Below the pieces are notes generated by a model. That model was not told the origin of the DNA and made no database searches. It worked only from the letters and a program-made list of their open reading frames with translations. DNA of 63,989 nucleotides, filler included, from a bacterium (lineage in GTDB: Bacteria; UBA9089; CG2-30-40-21; SBAY01), in assembly GCA_040757115.1 (NCBI GenBank). It is 5 parts of 5 records of this genome, joined end to end, with 100 filler letters (N's around TTAATTAATTAA, not from the genome) between each part and the next. Parts side by side here need not be neighbours in the genome. Positions count along the whole stretch, not along the records: positions 34,888 to 61,283 come from JBFLYA010000031.1; 4 more parts are not named here. The stretch is one strand, 5' to 3'. Shown here piece by piece: positions 50,254-61,021 of this stretch; the first letter of the stretch is position 1; each line of letters begins with the position of its first letter. The position numbers and the translations under genes were made by a program.

Positions 50254-50712
50254 CTATTTCCTCATAGTTTCTTTCATCGCCCGTCTCATTTCTTTTTCAT
50301 GGTCTCTTTTCTTAATTACCGCACGCTTATCATAAAGTTTTTTACCTTTACCTAATCCTAATTCTAACTTTACCTTTCCTTTTTTAAAGTATAATCTTAA
50401 TGGAATTAAGCTAAGTCCTCTTTCTTGCGTCTTCCCTATCAATCTTTTGATTTCTTCTTTTTTTAAAAGGAGCTTACGAATCCTTGTCGGCTCATGATTT
50501 TGAATATTTCCATACGGATATTGATTTATATGACAATTAAATAAAAAAACCTCTTCATTTTCTACCCTGGCTAAACTATCCTGTAAATTTGCTTGATGAT
50601 TTCGTAATGATTTAACCTCTGTTCCTCGAAGGCAAATACCTGCCTCGTAAGTTTCTAAAATTTCATAATCATGGTATGCTTTACGATTACTACATATTGT
50701 CTTCAGGGTCAC
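50254..50712 (-). CDS. smpB: SsrA-binding protein
   Basis: NRKAYHDY, EAGICLRGTEVKSLR, RKLLL, GKKLYDKR. Confidence 0.97.
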   Translation of the reverse strand: MTLKTICSNRKAYHDYEILETYEAGICLRGTEVKSLRNHQANLQDSLARVENEEVFLFNCHINQYPYGNIQNHEPTRIRKLLLKKEEIKRLIGKTQERGLSLIPLRLYFKKGKVKLELGLGKGKKLYDKRAVIKKRDHEKEMRRAMKETMRK

Positions 50713-50918
50713 TTTCTTTCCACCATTTCAACTATACCACATTTTAAGAAAAATTACAACTATTTTTTATATTCCCTGTTTTTTTATTGACTTTTAGATG
50801 AACAATGATTATAATATAAAAGTCAGTAGTCAGTGAAGAGAAAACAGTAATTAGAGAAAAGTGATTATTGTTTCACTTTTCGCTTCTCACTGTTCACGGT
50901 TAAAGGAGGTTACTTACT

Positions 50919-51110
50919 ATGGGTTCTACGGCGAAGTTAAGCAGTAAATATCAAATTGTTATCCCTAAAAAAATAAGACGAGAATTAAACCTGAAATCAG
51001 GTGATGAATTAATAATGAAGATTGAAGATGATAAGATAATTATGCGGGCAAAACCTAAGAGTTATACCGACTATATGTTAGGATTAGGTGAAAAAGTCTG
51101 GAAGGAATAA
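50919..51110 (+). CDS. AbrB/MazE-family antitoxin
   Basis: KLSSKYQIVIPKKIRRELNLKSGD; promoter TTGACT-17 bp-TATAAT at ~50787. Confidence 0.85.
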   Translation: MGSTAKLSSKYQIVIPKKIRRELNLKSGDELIMKIEDDKIIMRAKPKSYTDYMLGLGEKVWKE

Positions 51111-51112
51111 TT

Positions 51113-51577
51113 ATGAACAAATTAGAAAAATTTCTGAAAGGACATCATGTTATAGGATTAGATGCACAAATCTTTATTTATCTTTTTGAAAATAATCCGA
51201 GATTTAAACCAGTTACAATCGCCCTATTTAGTCTAATGGAGCAAGGAGAAATAATTGGTGTTACATCTATTCTATCTCTTCTTGAAATTCTTATCAAACC
51301 GATGGAGAAACAAGAACATCATTTGATAAATGAATATAAATTTTTGCTTAATACATTTCCGAACTTGATTATTGGGAAAATTGATGAAGAGATAATCGAT
51401 TTAGCCGCATCTTTCAAAGCAAATTATTCTTTTTTGGATGATACTTTTGCCATTCAATTAGCTACCGCTAAATTATACGACGCCGAGTGTTTCATTACTC
51501 ATAACCAATCGCTGAAAAAAATGCGAGAGATTAAAATAATTAATATAGCCGAGATTTTAGAAAAGGTAGAAGATTGA
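51113..51577 (+). CDS. PIN-domain (VapC-like) toxin
   Basis: GLDAQIFIY, SLLEIL, AIQLATA. Confidence 0.8.
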   Translation: MNKLEKFLKGHHVIGLDAQIFIYLFENNPRFKPVTIALFSLMEQGEIIGVTSILSLLEILIKPMEKQEHHLINEYKFLLNTFPNLIIGKIDEEIIDLAASFKANYSFLDDTFAIQLATAKLYDAECFITHNQSLKKMREIKIINIAEILEKVED

Positions 51578-52419
51578 TGAGACGATTTATCTTGTTTTTA
51601 ATATTATTTTTTGGAATCTCATTTTTATTTTATATCACCATTTTAAGAGATTTCAAACCAACTACCATTAACATTTCTGGCTATCTTTCACTTGAAGAGA
51701 GGGTTAGTGCTGAAGGAGTGAAGGTTGAAGTCGTTCCATTTTATCCTAAAAGGATTTTTAGAAAACCTGTCCAACATTTCTTTACCGACTCAACAGGATT
51801 TTACAAATTAGAAGAAATTGAAGTCCCTATTGGACCTTTGGGTGAAATTTTTGTTTTATGGTTAGATGGTCAGAAAAAAAAGGCACCATATTTAAAGTTA
51901 AGAATTATTAAAAAAGGTTACCTTCCGGTGGAAGTTCTAATATTCAAATTTACACCCATAGTCAAAATACCATTTCTAACTTTAGATAAGGAAGGAACAC
52001 GAAAACCACTAAATGAAGTCATTTCTGAAAATGGTATTAAAATTGTAAAAAATATCACCAGGTATAGATTTTGTGCCCTTCATAATTATCTATGGTTTTA
52101 TCCAGAATACTACGACCTTGAACTTATAATTCCAACAGATAAACCAAAACAAAATGTCAAACTCAAACTTCGGTTGATTAATGAACCACTTTACACCAAT
52201 TTTGAGGAAGAACTTAATGAATCAGCCGATGAATTAAAAGGGATAATAAAGATACTTATTCCCGAAATTCCTGTCGAAGAGGTAAAATTGCGTAGTGGAG
52301 AAAATGTGGCTAATTCATTATCTAACCCATCTTTACTGGATAAATTAAACGAAATCTTAATCAACTCTAAAATAAAACATATTCGTTTAACATCAATAGA
52401 TTTAGTAAAGAAAAAGTAA
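51574..52419 (+). CDS. Hypothetical exported protein
   Basis: N-terminal TM, TDSTGFY beta-sandwich-like motif. Confidence 0.6.
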   Translation: MMRRFILFLILFFGISFLFYITILRDFKPTTINISGYLSLEERVSAEGVKVEVVPFYPKRIFRKPVQHFFTDSTGFYKLEEIEVPIGPLGEIFVLWLDGQKKKAPYLKLRIIKKGYLPVEVLIFKFTPIVKIPFLTLDKEGTRKPLNEVISENGIKIVKNITRYRFCALHNYLWFYPEYYDLELIIPTDKPKQNVKLKLRLINEPLYTNFEEELNESADELKGIIKILIPEIPVEEVKLRSGENVANSLSNPSLLDKLNEILINSKIKHIRLTSIDLVKKK

Positions 52420-52456
52420 CTGTTCAGCCACCAGGGCACAAAGACTCGAAGAAAAG

Positions 52457-52750
52457 GTAACCGTTCAGGTGGTAATTTACCGCAGAGACGCAGAGGAACA
52501 GAGAAGATATGGAAATAAATCAGATAACAGAAAAGATTATTGGTATAGCCATTGAAATACTTAGGACCTGCTTGCCGAATGTTCAGCCGGCAAGCCAGAT
52601 TTGTTAATCCATCCCTGATTTTCATCAGGGCAAGTTTAATGTTGTTGGACTCAAGAGCTTGCACTGATGAAAATCAGGGATGTTAAGCCTATCGTCCATA
52701 AATTTTAATTTTCTTCTCTGCGTCTCTGTGTCTCTGCGGTGAACGGTTAC
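52457..52750 (+). mobile_element. MITE (TSD AAGAAAAG) with GxxExxY relic and inner palindrome, nested in an older element from 52416
   Basis: TSD 52449-52456/52751-52758; MEINQITEKIIGIAIEI at 52509; IR TCCCTGATTTTCATCAG/CTGATGAAAATCAGGGA. Confidence 0.88.
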
Positions 52751-52817
52751 AAGAAAAGATTATTTTATCTTCGTGGCTTCGTGGCTCAATAATTAAAGAA
52801 ACAAGGATTAAAATATT

Positions 52818-53675
52818 ATGATGAATTATTATCTCTCATACATATTTGGAAGTCATTATGATGGTCCGTCTTACTTTATTGGATTAATACCATTTGTCAT
52901 CGTCATAGGACTAATTATCTTTTTAGAAGAATTTATCTCTTGTGGAATTAATTTTATAATGACTAATAATAAAATAATCAGATTAAGACTTATTTTATCT
53001 TCTATTATTATAGCTCTATTTACGATATTCTTAGTTGGAACAAGCGTATTATTTTATCATAATGTTTATCTGGGCAAAAAAATTATTTTTTTATATTTTT
53101 ATCTTAATGGACTATTTTTTCTTTTTTATCTTGGGTTATTGGCAATTGGGACATATATTTTCCTCGTCTTATGGAAAAGAAGATTAGACCATAGCATTGG
53201 TCAAGGTGGATTAAGTGGTCTTATTTTTGGGATACTCTTAATCGTTAGCCTTGATTTTATAGGGTTAGAACATTATGATAAAATTCTTGTGATATTATTA
53301 TTTGCCGGACTTGGATTTCTATGGGGACTGCTTGGAAAAAAAGAGGTAATTTTACAAAAATGGGTTTTAATTCTATTTCCAGTAGAACAAAGTGTTATTA
53401 TCTCTTTAATCTTCAGTGTATTTTTAATCTGGCTTTTCAGGGCTTTATATGGAATTGATTTCGAAAATGAAAAACTTTTATCTATGATTGGATTAATCTT
53501 GCCTATTATAAGTGTGATATTTACCAGCATTTATATCGATAGGTTAATTCGCGTAGAACCTTTTGAAAGTAGTCCGTATAAGAAATCGCGGTATCTTAAA
53601 TTAGGACTATTAATATTCCTATTTTTCTGGATAGGTGAATTATACTCTCTTTTAACCATCAAAATGATCTCATAG
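52818..53675 (+). CDS. Hypothetical membrane protein
   Basis: Multi-TM ORF of 285 aa. Confidence 0.6.
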   Translation: MMNYYLSYIFGSHYDGPSYFIGLIPFVIVIGLIIFLEEFISCGINFIMTNNKIIRLRLILSSIIIALFTIFLVGTSVLFYHNVYLGKKIIFLYFYLNGLFFLFYLGLLAIGTYIFLVLWKRRLDHSIGQGGLSGLIFGILLIVSLDFIGLEHYDKILVILLFAGLGFLWGLLGKKEVILQKWVLILFPVEQSVIISLIFSVFLIWLFRALYGIDFENEKLLSMIGLILPIISVIFTSIYIDRLIRVEPFESSPYKKSRYLKLGLLIFLFFWIGELYSLLTIKMIS

Positions 53676-53747
53676 TAGCCTACTGTTTTGTCAAGTTCGT
53701 CTTTTGGGTAGAGTTTTCCCTGAAAATAGTAGTTAGTAGTCAGTAGT

Positions 53748-53998
53748 TATAGCAGTTATTAGTCAAAATTTTACTCAGAGTGGATAAGTAAAAAAAATCC
53801 TAAATCCCAAACACCAAATCTCAAATAAGCACCAAATTCCACATACCAAAAAGCGAATTAGAGATTAGTGAATTAGAGATTAGATTTTACTAATTCGCTA
53901 ATTCGCTTAATTCACTAATTCACTAAATGGAATTTGGAATTTGTGATTTGGAATTTCATAGCCATATCTATGTTAAATTTCGATTAATAAGTGCTATA
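53748..53998. mobile_element. TA-flanked MITE with inverted heptamer/octamer arms
   Basis: TATAGCAGTTATTAGTCAAAATTT / AAATTTCGATTAATAAGTGCTATA imperfect IR. Confidence 0.65.
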
Positions 53999-54074
53999 TA
54001 TGTAACTGTTCTTTCTGACAAAAATCGAAAAAATACTTGACTTTTGTTAAACTATATGCTATATCAAATATATA

Positions 54075-54312
54075 GTAAGTGTTCAGGGTGTAATAAAGGA
54101 AAAATGGAAAAACCAGGGAAAAAGGGTAAATCTAAGAAGGGAAGAAATTAAGAGGTTGATAAGTCTGTCCTGGCGACAGGTCAGGGTGAGAGGTTAAGAT
54201 GGATGTTTTGCTTCTCACAATCTCATCTTCTTAACTTCTTATCTTCTTTTCTTCCTTTCCCATTTTTTCCGTGTTTCCCCTTTTTCCCTATGGACACTAC
54301 CTGAACGGTTAC
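54075..54312. mobile_element. GTAAGTGTTCAG...CTGAACGGTTAC element with inverted purine/pyrimidine arms
   Basis: Left arm resembles 25743-25805. Confidence 0.65.
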
Positions 54313-54365
54313 CTTTAATCTTTGTGTCGTGGTATCTTTGTGGCTGAACAATTACAAAAAGGAGG

Positions 54366-57300
54366 TTGGTTAAAATGTTAAAACAAAATAATAGTTGTAA
54401 GTATAAGAGAGAGAGAGATTACGAAAGAAAAGAAGTTTTAAGTGGAGGTTTTTTATGTTTTTTAAGCAGGTTGATAGTATTAGTTGCCTGCTTTATTTGT
54501 CTTTTGGGTAGGTTAGTAAGTAAGAGATATTCGGGTCAGGAGACCAGAAGCGACTCATTTATGTTTTCTTGCTACTCTCTACTTTCTACTCTCTACTTTT
54601 TCAGGAAAGTTGGCAAGGTATTATTATTTGCCGCTTGCCTGGTATTGATACTAATAGGAATCCAGGAAAAGAAATGTTTTGCTCAAAATAATGAAGTAAT
54701 GTTACCAATACAATGGGGAGGAACAATAGGGCATATCGAGCAATCTGGTCCAGTATGGAGATGTCTTGAAGTTTTTTATGCATTTACGCCACTTGATGAT
54801 TTTCAAGTTGATTATTACATGTATAAAAGTTCTCGAACTCAAGGATGGCAGAAAGCGAATCCCTTTTTACCTTCTGACATTGAATTATCGCAGAACCCAT
54901 GGCTTACTCCAAAACATTTACTTATGAGGCCAATGTACTATGGTTTATGTGCCGATCTAACCTTAGAAGAAGCTAAAAAAGAGCTATTAGAGATGATAAC
55001 AGACAACCAGGCTCATAATTATGAAGTAAAAGCAGTAGGAAAATGGAAAAAGGATGCATATGAATTAAAAAAAGAGGAAATACTAAATAAGTTAGGTAAA
55101 GGTGATACTATAGGAGACCCTGTAAATCCTATTACCGGTAATTTCTTCTATTCTCATGAGGATTTATATATTCCAGGTGGTGGATTTCCAATACGGTTTA
55201 TACGGAGTTATAACTCCCAAGATAATAATTTATTTGTAAGGCAAGTATTTGGAATAGGTTGGACACATAATTTTAATATTCACTTTAATGCTCAGGATGA
55301 ATGGAATTTACCTGATAATTACTACGTTCCAGTTGCAAGTATACGAGATTGGGACGGAAAAATGATTTACTTTAGGGAATGGAATGGTATATATTATCCC
55401 AAATGTGGTGAAAGGTCTACTTTATCTAAACAAGATGATGGTAGTTTTGTCTGGACAAAAAGAGATGGGATTAAATATTACTTTGAAGAAGTTATACCTA
55501 AACATGTCCCACTTCTTTCTAGAATAGTTAAGCCAAACGGGCATTATATCAGATTAATTTATAATGATAACGCTAAACTTATAAAAATACAAAATGATTC
55601 TGGATATTACATAGACCTTGTATATGTGACTTATCAAGAAGACAAACTTACCGAGGGATGTCTTAAGAGCATATCAGATTCTACAGGTCGAACAGTTTCT
55701 TATGAATATACAGGTACAATTACAGAGAATAGGATAGGGAAGATGTATTTAGCCACTGTAACTGATACTTTAAATAATAAGATAGTATACAACTATATGA
55801 AGGATGATTTTCCTTATTATCCAATTGATTGGATCAGTAATAGCAGTTATAAACCACTGACAAAAATTAAAGACCCTAATGGAAGAATAGTTGAAATTTC
55901 TTATAATAACTTTGATGGAAGTGGATATTTTAGGTGTTGCGAGGTAATGGTACAATCTGAGTGGAAGCTATATGACTATGATTATCTTCTATGGATATCT
56001 TATGACTATGATAAAGACTATGGTTCAAAAACTACATTTATTGGAGGAAATAAGTATCAAGAAAAAATATATGGCTATAACCAGATATATCAGTATAAAA
56101 GAACTGATGAATATGCCGAGTATGGGTGGGGATTAACTGTATCTAGAATAACGACTAATTGCAAAGAGATAGACACATGGTCTGAAAATGTAACTAATAA
56201 AGTATTCACCTATAGTCCTAATGGACTTCTCTATCAAATTAAAGATGACAATGGCAATATTACTAAGATGGATTATGAACCCAATCTACCATATAACCTG
56301 ACTAACATAATTGACCCGCTAAATGGAACTACTACCTTTACCTATCATCCATCATTACCAATGTGCATAACACAAATAAAAGACCCAATGAATAATATCA
56401 CTACCTTCGATTATTATGATGATGGAAAACTCGGAACTATAACTGATGCACAAGGAAATAAGACAAGATATTTCTATGATACCAAAGGTAATTGTATTCA
56501 AATTATTGATGCCAATAACCAGATTGTCACCTATACCTATAATTCAAATGATAATTTAATAGCTATCAAAGACCCTCTTGGAAATATAACCTCATTTGAG
56601 TATGACCCTATTGGTAATTGTAAAAAGATTATCTATCCTAACAATTACACGATTAGCTTTAATTACAATGCAGATAATAAAATAACCCGGATAATATATC
56701 CTGATACTACTATTTCATATGAATACGACCCGGTGGGGAACATAGGTACTATGACAGATTCAAGAGGGGTTACTCGGTATAAATATGATTCAGTAGATCG
56801 ACTTGTAAAAATAATACATCCTGATGGTAGTGTATCTACCTATACATCTACTTATGCAGTCTGGGCACAGGGCGTATCTAAAATATTAGTAGAAGATGCT
56901 AATGGAAAAGCAACAAATTATGCCTTTAACAGTCTTCATCAGCTTCAAGAAGTAAAGCAAAATAACGAAGGAGAGGATATTGTTACCAGGTATAGCCATG
57001 ACCCATTAGGTAACCTACAATCTATAACCGATGCTAAAAATAGAACTACTGTCTATAGCTATGATGGACTAAATAGACTAACTAAGGTTACATATCCAGA
57101 TGACACTGGAGTGGAGTATAGGTATGATAAAAATGGTAACTTGAGATTTAAACAAGAGCCAGAGGCAAAGGATAATTTCGAATGGATAGAGTATCGTTAT
57201 GATAACTTAAACCGCCTTATTTACAAAGGCACCATTACCTGCCTGGCAAATAATAATCCATTAACAGATGCTATTGGCTATGCGACTAAGACTGTTTTTG

Positions 57301-60300
57301 CTTATGATACTTATATCATTAGTCCACCTGCTGATTTAAATAACCCAAAAGGGAATCTGACAATGATGATTGATGAATCGGGCACTACTACCTATTTTTA
57401 CAATGCCTTAAATAGATTATGCCAACAAGATAAGATAATCGATGGGCTAAAATATACGACTCAATATCATTATGATAAAGCAGGAAATATAGACTATATC
57501 ATTGACCCAGCAGGTAAAAAGACGATTTATACCTATACCAACAATCGCATTACCTCAATTAATGTGGATGGAATTGGTAAGATAGCTGATTATACCTATA
57601 ATCCAACGGATGCTGTCAAAAGTATAACCTTTAATAATAACATAAAGACTGACTTCGATTATTACCCTACACAAGGTTGGATAAAGAAAATAAATACGAC
57701 TAAAGGGACATCATCGGTCCTTCAGCGCTATTATAAAGGTTATGACAAAATAGGTAATCTCTTAAATGAAAATATTGAAAAGGCGATATGGAATGAAGAA
57801 TATAAAGGAAATATCCTGCCTGAAAATTTAGATTGGCCTGCTTCAGAAGGAACTGGAAATGCAGTCATTGAAAATGATGGAATTTTACATATTACCGGAG
57901 TTAAAAATTGGAGAAAAGAGCACATATATCCTGATGAGTGGAAAGAACCAGAAGAAGGTTTTTGTATAGAATTCTCATTAAAAGTAGGAGGGAAAAATGA
58001 AGGTGCATTTGTAGCCTTTGGTGGAGATTGGACTGGTTGGAGAAGTGAATGGATACTTTTCTATCCTGACAGGATTGACTTTTTTTATACCAGGGATTCT
58101 ATATCAATGTCCACTAACGATAGTTTCCATACCTATCGAATAGAAATTGTAGGGAAAAATTTAAAGTTTTATGCCGATGATAAATTTAAAAAAATGATTG
58201 AGCCATTTGGAACATCAGGTGGTTCCATACATCCAACTACTCTTATCCAAATAGTAAAATGGGGATGTAAAGATGGTGCGGGAGAATCCTTTTGGAAATA
58301 TATTAAATATCGTTCAAGTGTTAACCCGATAAATGAACTCCCATTTGCTAGATATATCTATGATGATTTATATAGATTAGAAGATGTAAATTATGGCGAT
58401 AAGTTTTTGGAATTCCCAAATCTTAGTTATGGATATGACAAGGTTGGTAATCGAGAATTTGAAAATAAAGGTAATGATATTCATTCCTATACCTATATAG
58501 ATAATACTGATAGAATATACTCAAATGGAGTATATACCTATACCTACGATAACAATGGTAATCTGAAGACTAGGTCCATTAGCACTGCTACGACTACTTA
58601 TCACTATGACTACGAAAACAGATTAATAAAGGTTGAATCGCCCGGTGGATTAGTTGAGGAATATGTCTACGATGGTTTTGGTCATAGAATTATGAAGAAT
58701 ACTGCCGGGACAAAAACAGTATATCACTATAATCAGGAAGGTAAAATTATCTGCCAGAATAGTTATATAGGGGGAGGACAAAATGATAGTGAGGAGATAT
58801 ATGAGGAGGATTTTGAAAACCTACCAGAACAAAAGATATGGACTACAAGTGGGCTATGGCATCAGTCAGATAAAAAGAGCTATTCTGGAAAATATTGTTT
58901 TGCTTATAATAATGACAAAGACTATAATACTGGTGGCAGGAACTTTGGCATTTTGACCTCACCTATAATTGATCTAACTAAACCAGCTACGGCTACATTG
59001 AGTTTCTGGACAAGATGGCAACATGAATCTTATCCTTATGGAAAATATGATAATATGAAGGTAGAGGTCTATGATGGTAAGAGTTGGCGTCAGATTTTTT
59101 ATAATGACTGTCGAGGGATAGCCTTTTCGGATTGGCATAGAAAATCCTTTGACCTCTTAACTTATTGTGGAAAGAAAATACAGATTAGGTTTTGTTTTGA
59201 TACCGTTGATGGTTGGTATAACAATTATGAAGGCTGGTATATTGATAAAATTGAGATTAGAGGGGGAGATAAGATATTTTTTGAAGATGATTTTGAGGAA
59301 ACTCAAAATGAGATAAAAGACAAAATTTGGATAAATGATGGACTCTGGAATCATTCAATACTCAGGAGTAATAGCTCTGTTCATAGTTTTGCTTATAATA
59401 ACGGAGCAAATTATAATACCGGTGGTAGAAATTCTGGTTGTTCTCTTTCACCATTAATTGATTTGTCAACGCTCAAAGGTAACCTTACTCTAAATTTCTG
59501 GACAAGATGGCAACATGAATCTTATCCTTATGGAAACTATGACAATATGAAGGTAGATATTTGGGATAGTCAGAAATGGAATAGGATTTTTTATAACGAT
59601 TGTAATGAAGGACCATCGGTTATGGACTGGCATGAGGAATCCTTTGATATTTCAAACTACGCGGGTAAGAAGATAAAACTAAGATTTAATTTTGATACAG
59701 TAGATGGGTGGTATAACGACTATGAAGGGTGGTATATAGATGATGTAGAGATTATCAAGGGAGAAGATAAACCTGTGTATGTGCCTTTAGGAACTATCTC
59801 CTATATTTATGCTAATGATGAATTAGTCGCGAGGGTAGATAAAAAACCTGCTCAGTCCGAGAAAGTATATTATTATCATAATGATTACTTAGGTTCAACA
59901 AGGGTGATGACTGATAGTATGGGAGAAATAGTTTGGTCGAGTGATTATTTACCTTTTGGTGAGTTGATAAATACAGAGGGAAAGATTGAAAATAACTTCA
60001 CTTTCACTGGCAAAGAATATGATGAGGCAACCGGCTTATATTACTTCGGCGCCAGATACTATGATCCGAGGGTAGGGAGATTTATTACTAAAGACCCATA
60101 CACTGGCAATGTCTACTTTCCACCTAATTTACATAAGTATATCTATTGCTACAATGATCCGATTAACTGGATAGACCTGTGGGGATTGTGTCCAATAAGT
60201 CCAGAGGAGCAATCTATAATAGAGGACTGGTTAAGTGAAATTGGATTAGGTTTTCTGGCATATCTTTATCCAACACTATTTAGTTCAATAGTTGGATTAT

Positions 60301-60536
60301 CTCAACAAGCAGAAGCACCAAAGTATGATCCAAAACCTCCTGATGGATTTGTCGAAAATCCTGATCGAAAAGGAAGTTGGGGAAAGTATGAAGACGGAAA
60401 GTTTAAAGAGAAATGGAGATTTGATAAGGGGGATCCTACAAAGCCAGGGTGGAGAGGAAAAGATCACTTACACTTTGATAAGAAAAAGAAACATTATCCC
60501 CCAGATACACCCTATCCAGGGAATGGAGGTCAGTAA
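54366..60536 (+). CDS. RHS polymorphic toxin (DUF6531, YD repeats, inserted beta-sandwich domains, C-terminal toxin); true start uncertain
   Basis: GDPVNPITGNF, YD repeats, HNDYLGS, FTGKEYD..ARYYDP..GRF, NDPINWIDLWGL. Confidence 0.92.
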   Translation: MVKMLKQNNSCKYKRERDYERKEVLSGGFLCFLSRLIVLVACFICLLGRLVSKRYSGQETRSDSFMFSCYSLLSTLYFFRKVGKVLLFAACLVLILIGIQEKKCFAQNNEVMLPIQWGGTIGHIEQSGPVWRCLEVFYAFTPLDDFQVDYYMYKSSRTQGWQKANPFLPSDIELSQNPWLTPKHLLMRPMYYGLCADLTLEEAKKELLEMITDNQAHNYEVKAVGKWKKDAYELKKEEILNKLGKGDTIGDPVNPITGNFFYSHEDLYIPGGGFPIRFIRSYNSQDNNLFVRQVFGIGWTHNFNIHFNAQDEWNLPDNYYVPVASIRDWDGKMIYFREWNGIYYPKCGERSTLSKQDDGSFVWTKRDGIKYYFEEVIPKHVPLLSRIVKPNGHYIRLIYNDNAKLIKIQNDSGYYIDLVYVTYQEDKLTEGCLKSISDSTGRTVSYEYTGTITENRIGKMYLATVTDTLNNKIVYNYMKDDFPYYPIDWISNSSYKPLTKIKDPNGRIVEISYNNFDGSGYFRCCEVMVQSEWKLYDYDYLLWISYDYDKDYGSKTTFIGGNKYQEKIYGYNQIYQYKRTDEYAEYGWGLTVSRITTNCKEIDTWSENVTNKVFTYSPNGLLYQIKDDNGNITKMDYEPNLPYNLTNIIDPLNGTTTFTYHPSLPMCITQIKDPMNNITTFDYYDDGKLGTITDAQGNKTRYFYDTKGNCIQIIDANNQIVTYTYNSNDNLIAIKDPLGNITSFEYDPIGNCKKIIYPNNYTISFNYNADNKITRIIYPDTTISYEYDPVGNIGTMTDSRGVTRYKYDSVDRLVKIIHPDGSVSTYTSTYAVWAQGVSKILVEDANGKATNYAFNSLHQLQEVKQNNEGEDIVTRYSHDPLGNLQSITDAKNRTTVYSYDGLNRLTKVTYPDDTGVEYRYDKNGNLRFKQEPEAKDNFEWIEYRYDNLNRLIYKGTITCLANNNPLTDAIGYATKTVFAYDTYIISPPADLNNPKGNLTMMIDESGTTTYFYNALNRLCQQDKIIDGLKYTTQYHYDKAGNIDYIIDPAGKKTIYTYTNNRITSINVDGIGKIADYTYNPTDAVKSITFNNNIKTDFDYYPTQGWIKKINTTKGTSSVLQRYYKGYDKIGNLLNENIEKAIWNEEYKGNILPENLDWPASEGTGNAVIENDGILHITGVKNWRKEHIYPDEWKEPEEGFCIEFSLKVGGKNEGAFVAFGGDWTGWRSEWILFYPDRIDFFYTRDSISMSTNDSFHTYRIEIVGKNLKFYADDKFKKMIEPFGTSGGSIHPTTLIQIVKWGCKDGAGESFWKYIKYRSSVNPINELPFARYIYDDLYRLEDVNYGDKFLEFPNLSYGYDKVGNREFENKGNDIHSYTYIDNTDRIYSNGVYTYTYDNNGNLKTRSISTATTTYHYDYENRLIKVESPGGLVEEYVYDGFGHRIMKNTAGTKTVYHYNQEGKIICQNSYIGGGQNDSEEIYEEDFENLPEQKIWTTSGLWHQSDKKSYSGKYCFAYNNDKDYNTGGRNFGILTSPIIDLTKPATATLSFWTRWQHESYPYGKYDNMKVEVYDGKSWRQIFYNDCRGIAFSDWHRKSFDLLTYCGKKIQIRFCFDTVDGWYNNYEGWYIDKIEIRGGDKIFFEDDFEETQNEIKDKIWINDGLWNHSILRSNSSVHSFAYNNGANYNTGGRNSGCSLSPLIDLSTLKGNLTLNFWTRWQHESYPYGNYDNMKVDIWDSQKWNRIFYNDCNEGPSVMDWHEESFDISNYAGKKIKLRFNFDTVDGWYNDYEGWYIDDVEIIKGEDKPVYVPLGTISYIYANDELVARVDKKPAQSEKVYYYHNDYLGSTRVMTDSMGEIVWSSDYLPFGELINTEGKIENNFTFTGKEYDEATGLYYFGARYYDPRVGRFITKDPYTGNVYFPPNLHKYIYCYNDPINWIDLWGLCPISPEEQSIIEDWLSEIGLGFLAYLYPTLFSSIVGLSQQAEAPKYDPKPPDGFVENPDRKGSWGKYEDGKFKEKWRFDKGDPTKPGWRGKDHLHFDKKKKHYPPDTPYPGNGGQ

Positions 60537-60937
60537 TGCAGTTAAATTTGAGTCGTGAGCAAATTGAGTTTCTTCCTATCCATGATGCTGAATTACACAA
60601 TCTTTCGATCATTCAAACTGTCGCAGGGAATTATATTTTGTTACTTGATGTGGAAATTACTGATGATTCTTATGACCCAGGTTATCCTATCCCTAAAAAA
60701 AATGGCTTAACAAGAATAATTTTTAAGAACTGTTGGGGAATAATGAATGATCTTAAATGTCACTGCGTAGATAGAGATACAATACAAGGGATAGATATGA
60801 TTAAAGATTCTAATTTGATTTCTGAAATGGAAAGCAAAGGAATCAAACCACCCATTCCAGTTTATCATTATAGAATTTCTTTAAATAGTGGCTCGCAAAT
60901 TGATGTTGTTTTAGAAGAGATTATATTAGAAGGATAG
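60536..60937 (+). CDS. Putative immunity protein
   Basis: Translationally coupled to the RHS stop; IHDA motif. Confidence 0.7.
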   Translation: MQLNLSREQIEFLPIHDAELHNLSIIQTVAGNYILLLDVEITDDSYDPGYPIPKKNGLTRIIFKNCWGIMNDLKCHCVDRDTIQGIDMIKDSNLISEMESKGIKPPIPVYHYRISLNSGSQIDVVLEEIILEG

Positions 60938-60961
60938 ACTTTTGCTGCAAGAGAGGGATTA

Positions 60962-61021
60962 GGGGCAGACCTTGAATGTAGAAAGCAGTTTCTTCTACAT
61001 TCAACATTCACGGTCTGCCCC
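60962..61021. repeat. REP-like palindrome GGGGCAGACC...GGTCTGCCCC
   Basis: Inverted arms; half-sites recur at cassette tails. Confidence 0.7.

Noticed and set aside
58791-59760. RHS internal repeats as a DGR TR/VR pair
   Set aside because: Both copies are in-frame protein domains, and their differences are not confined to adenines
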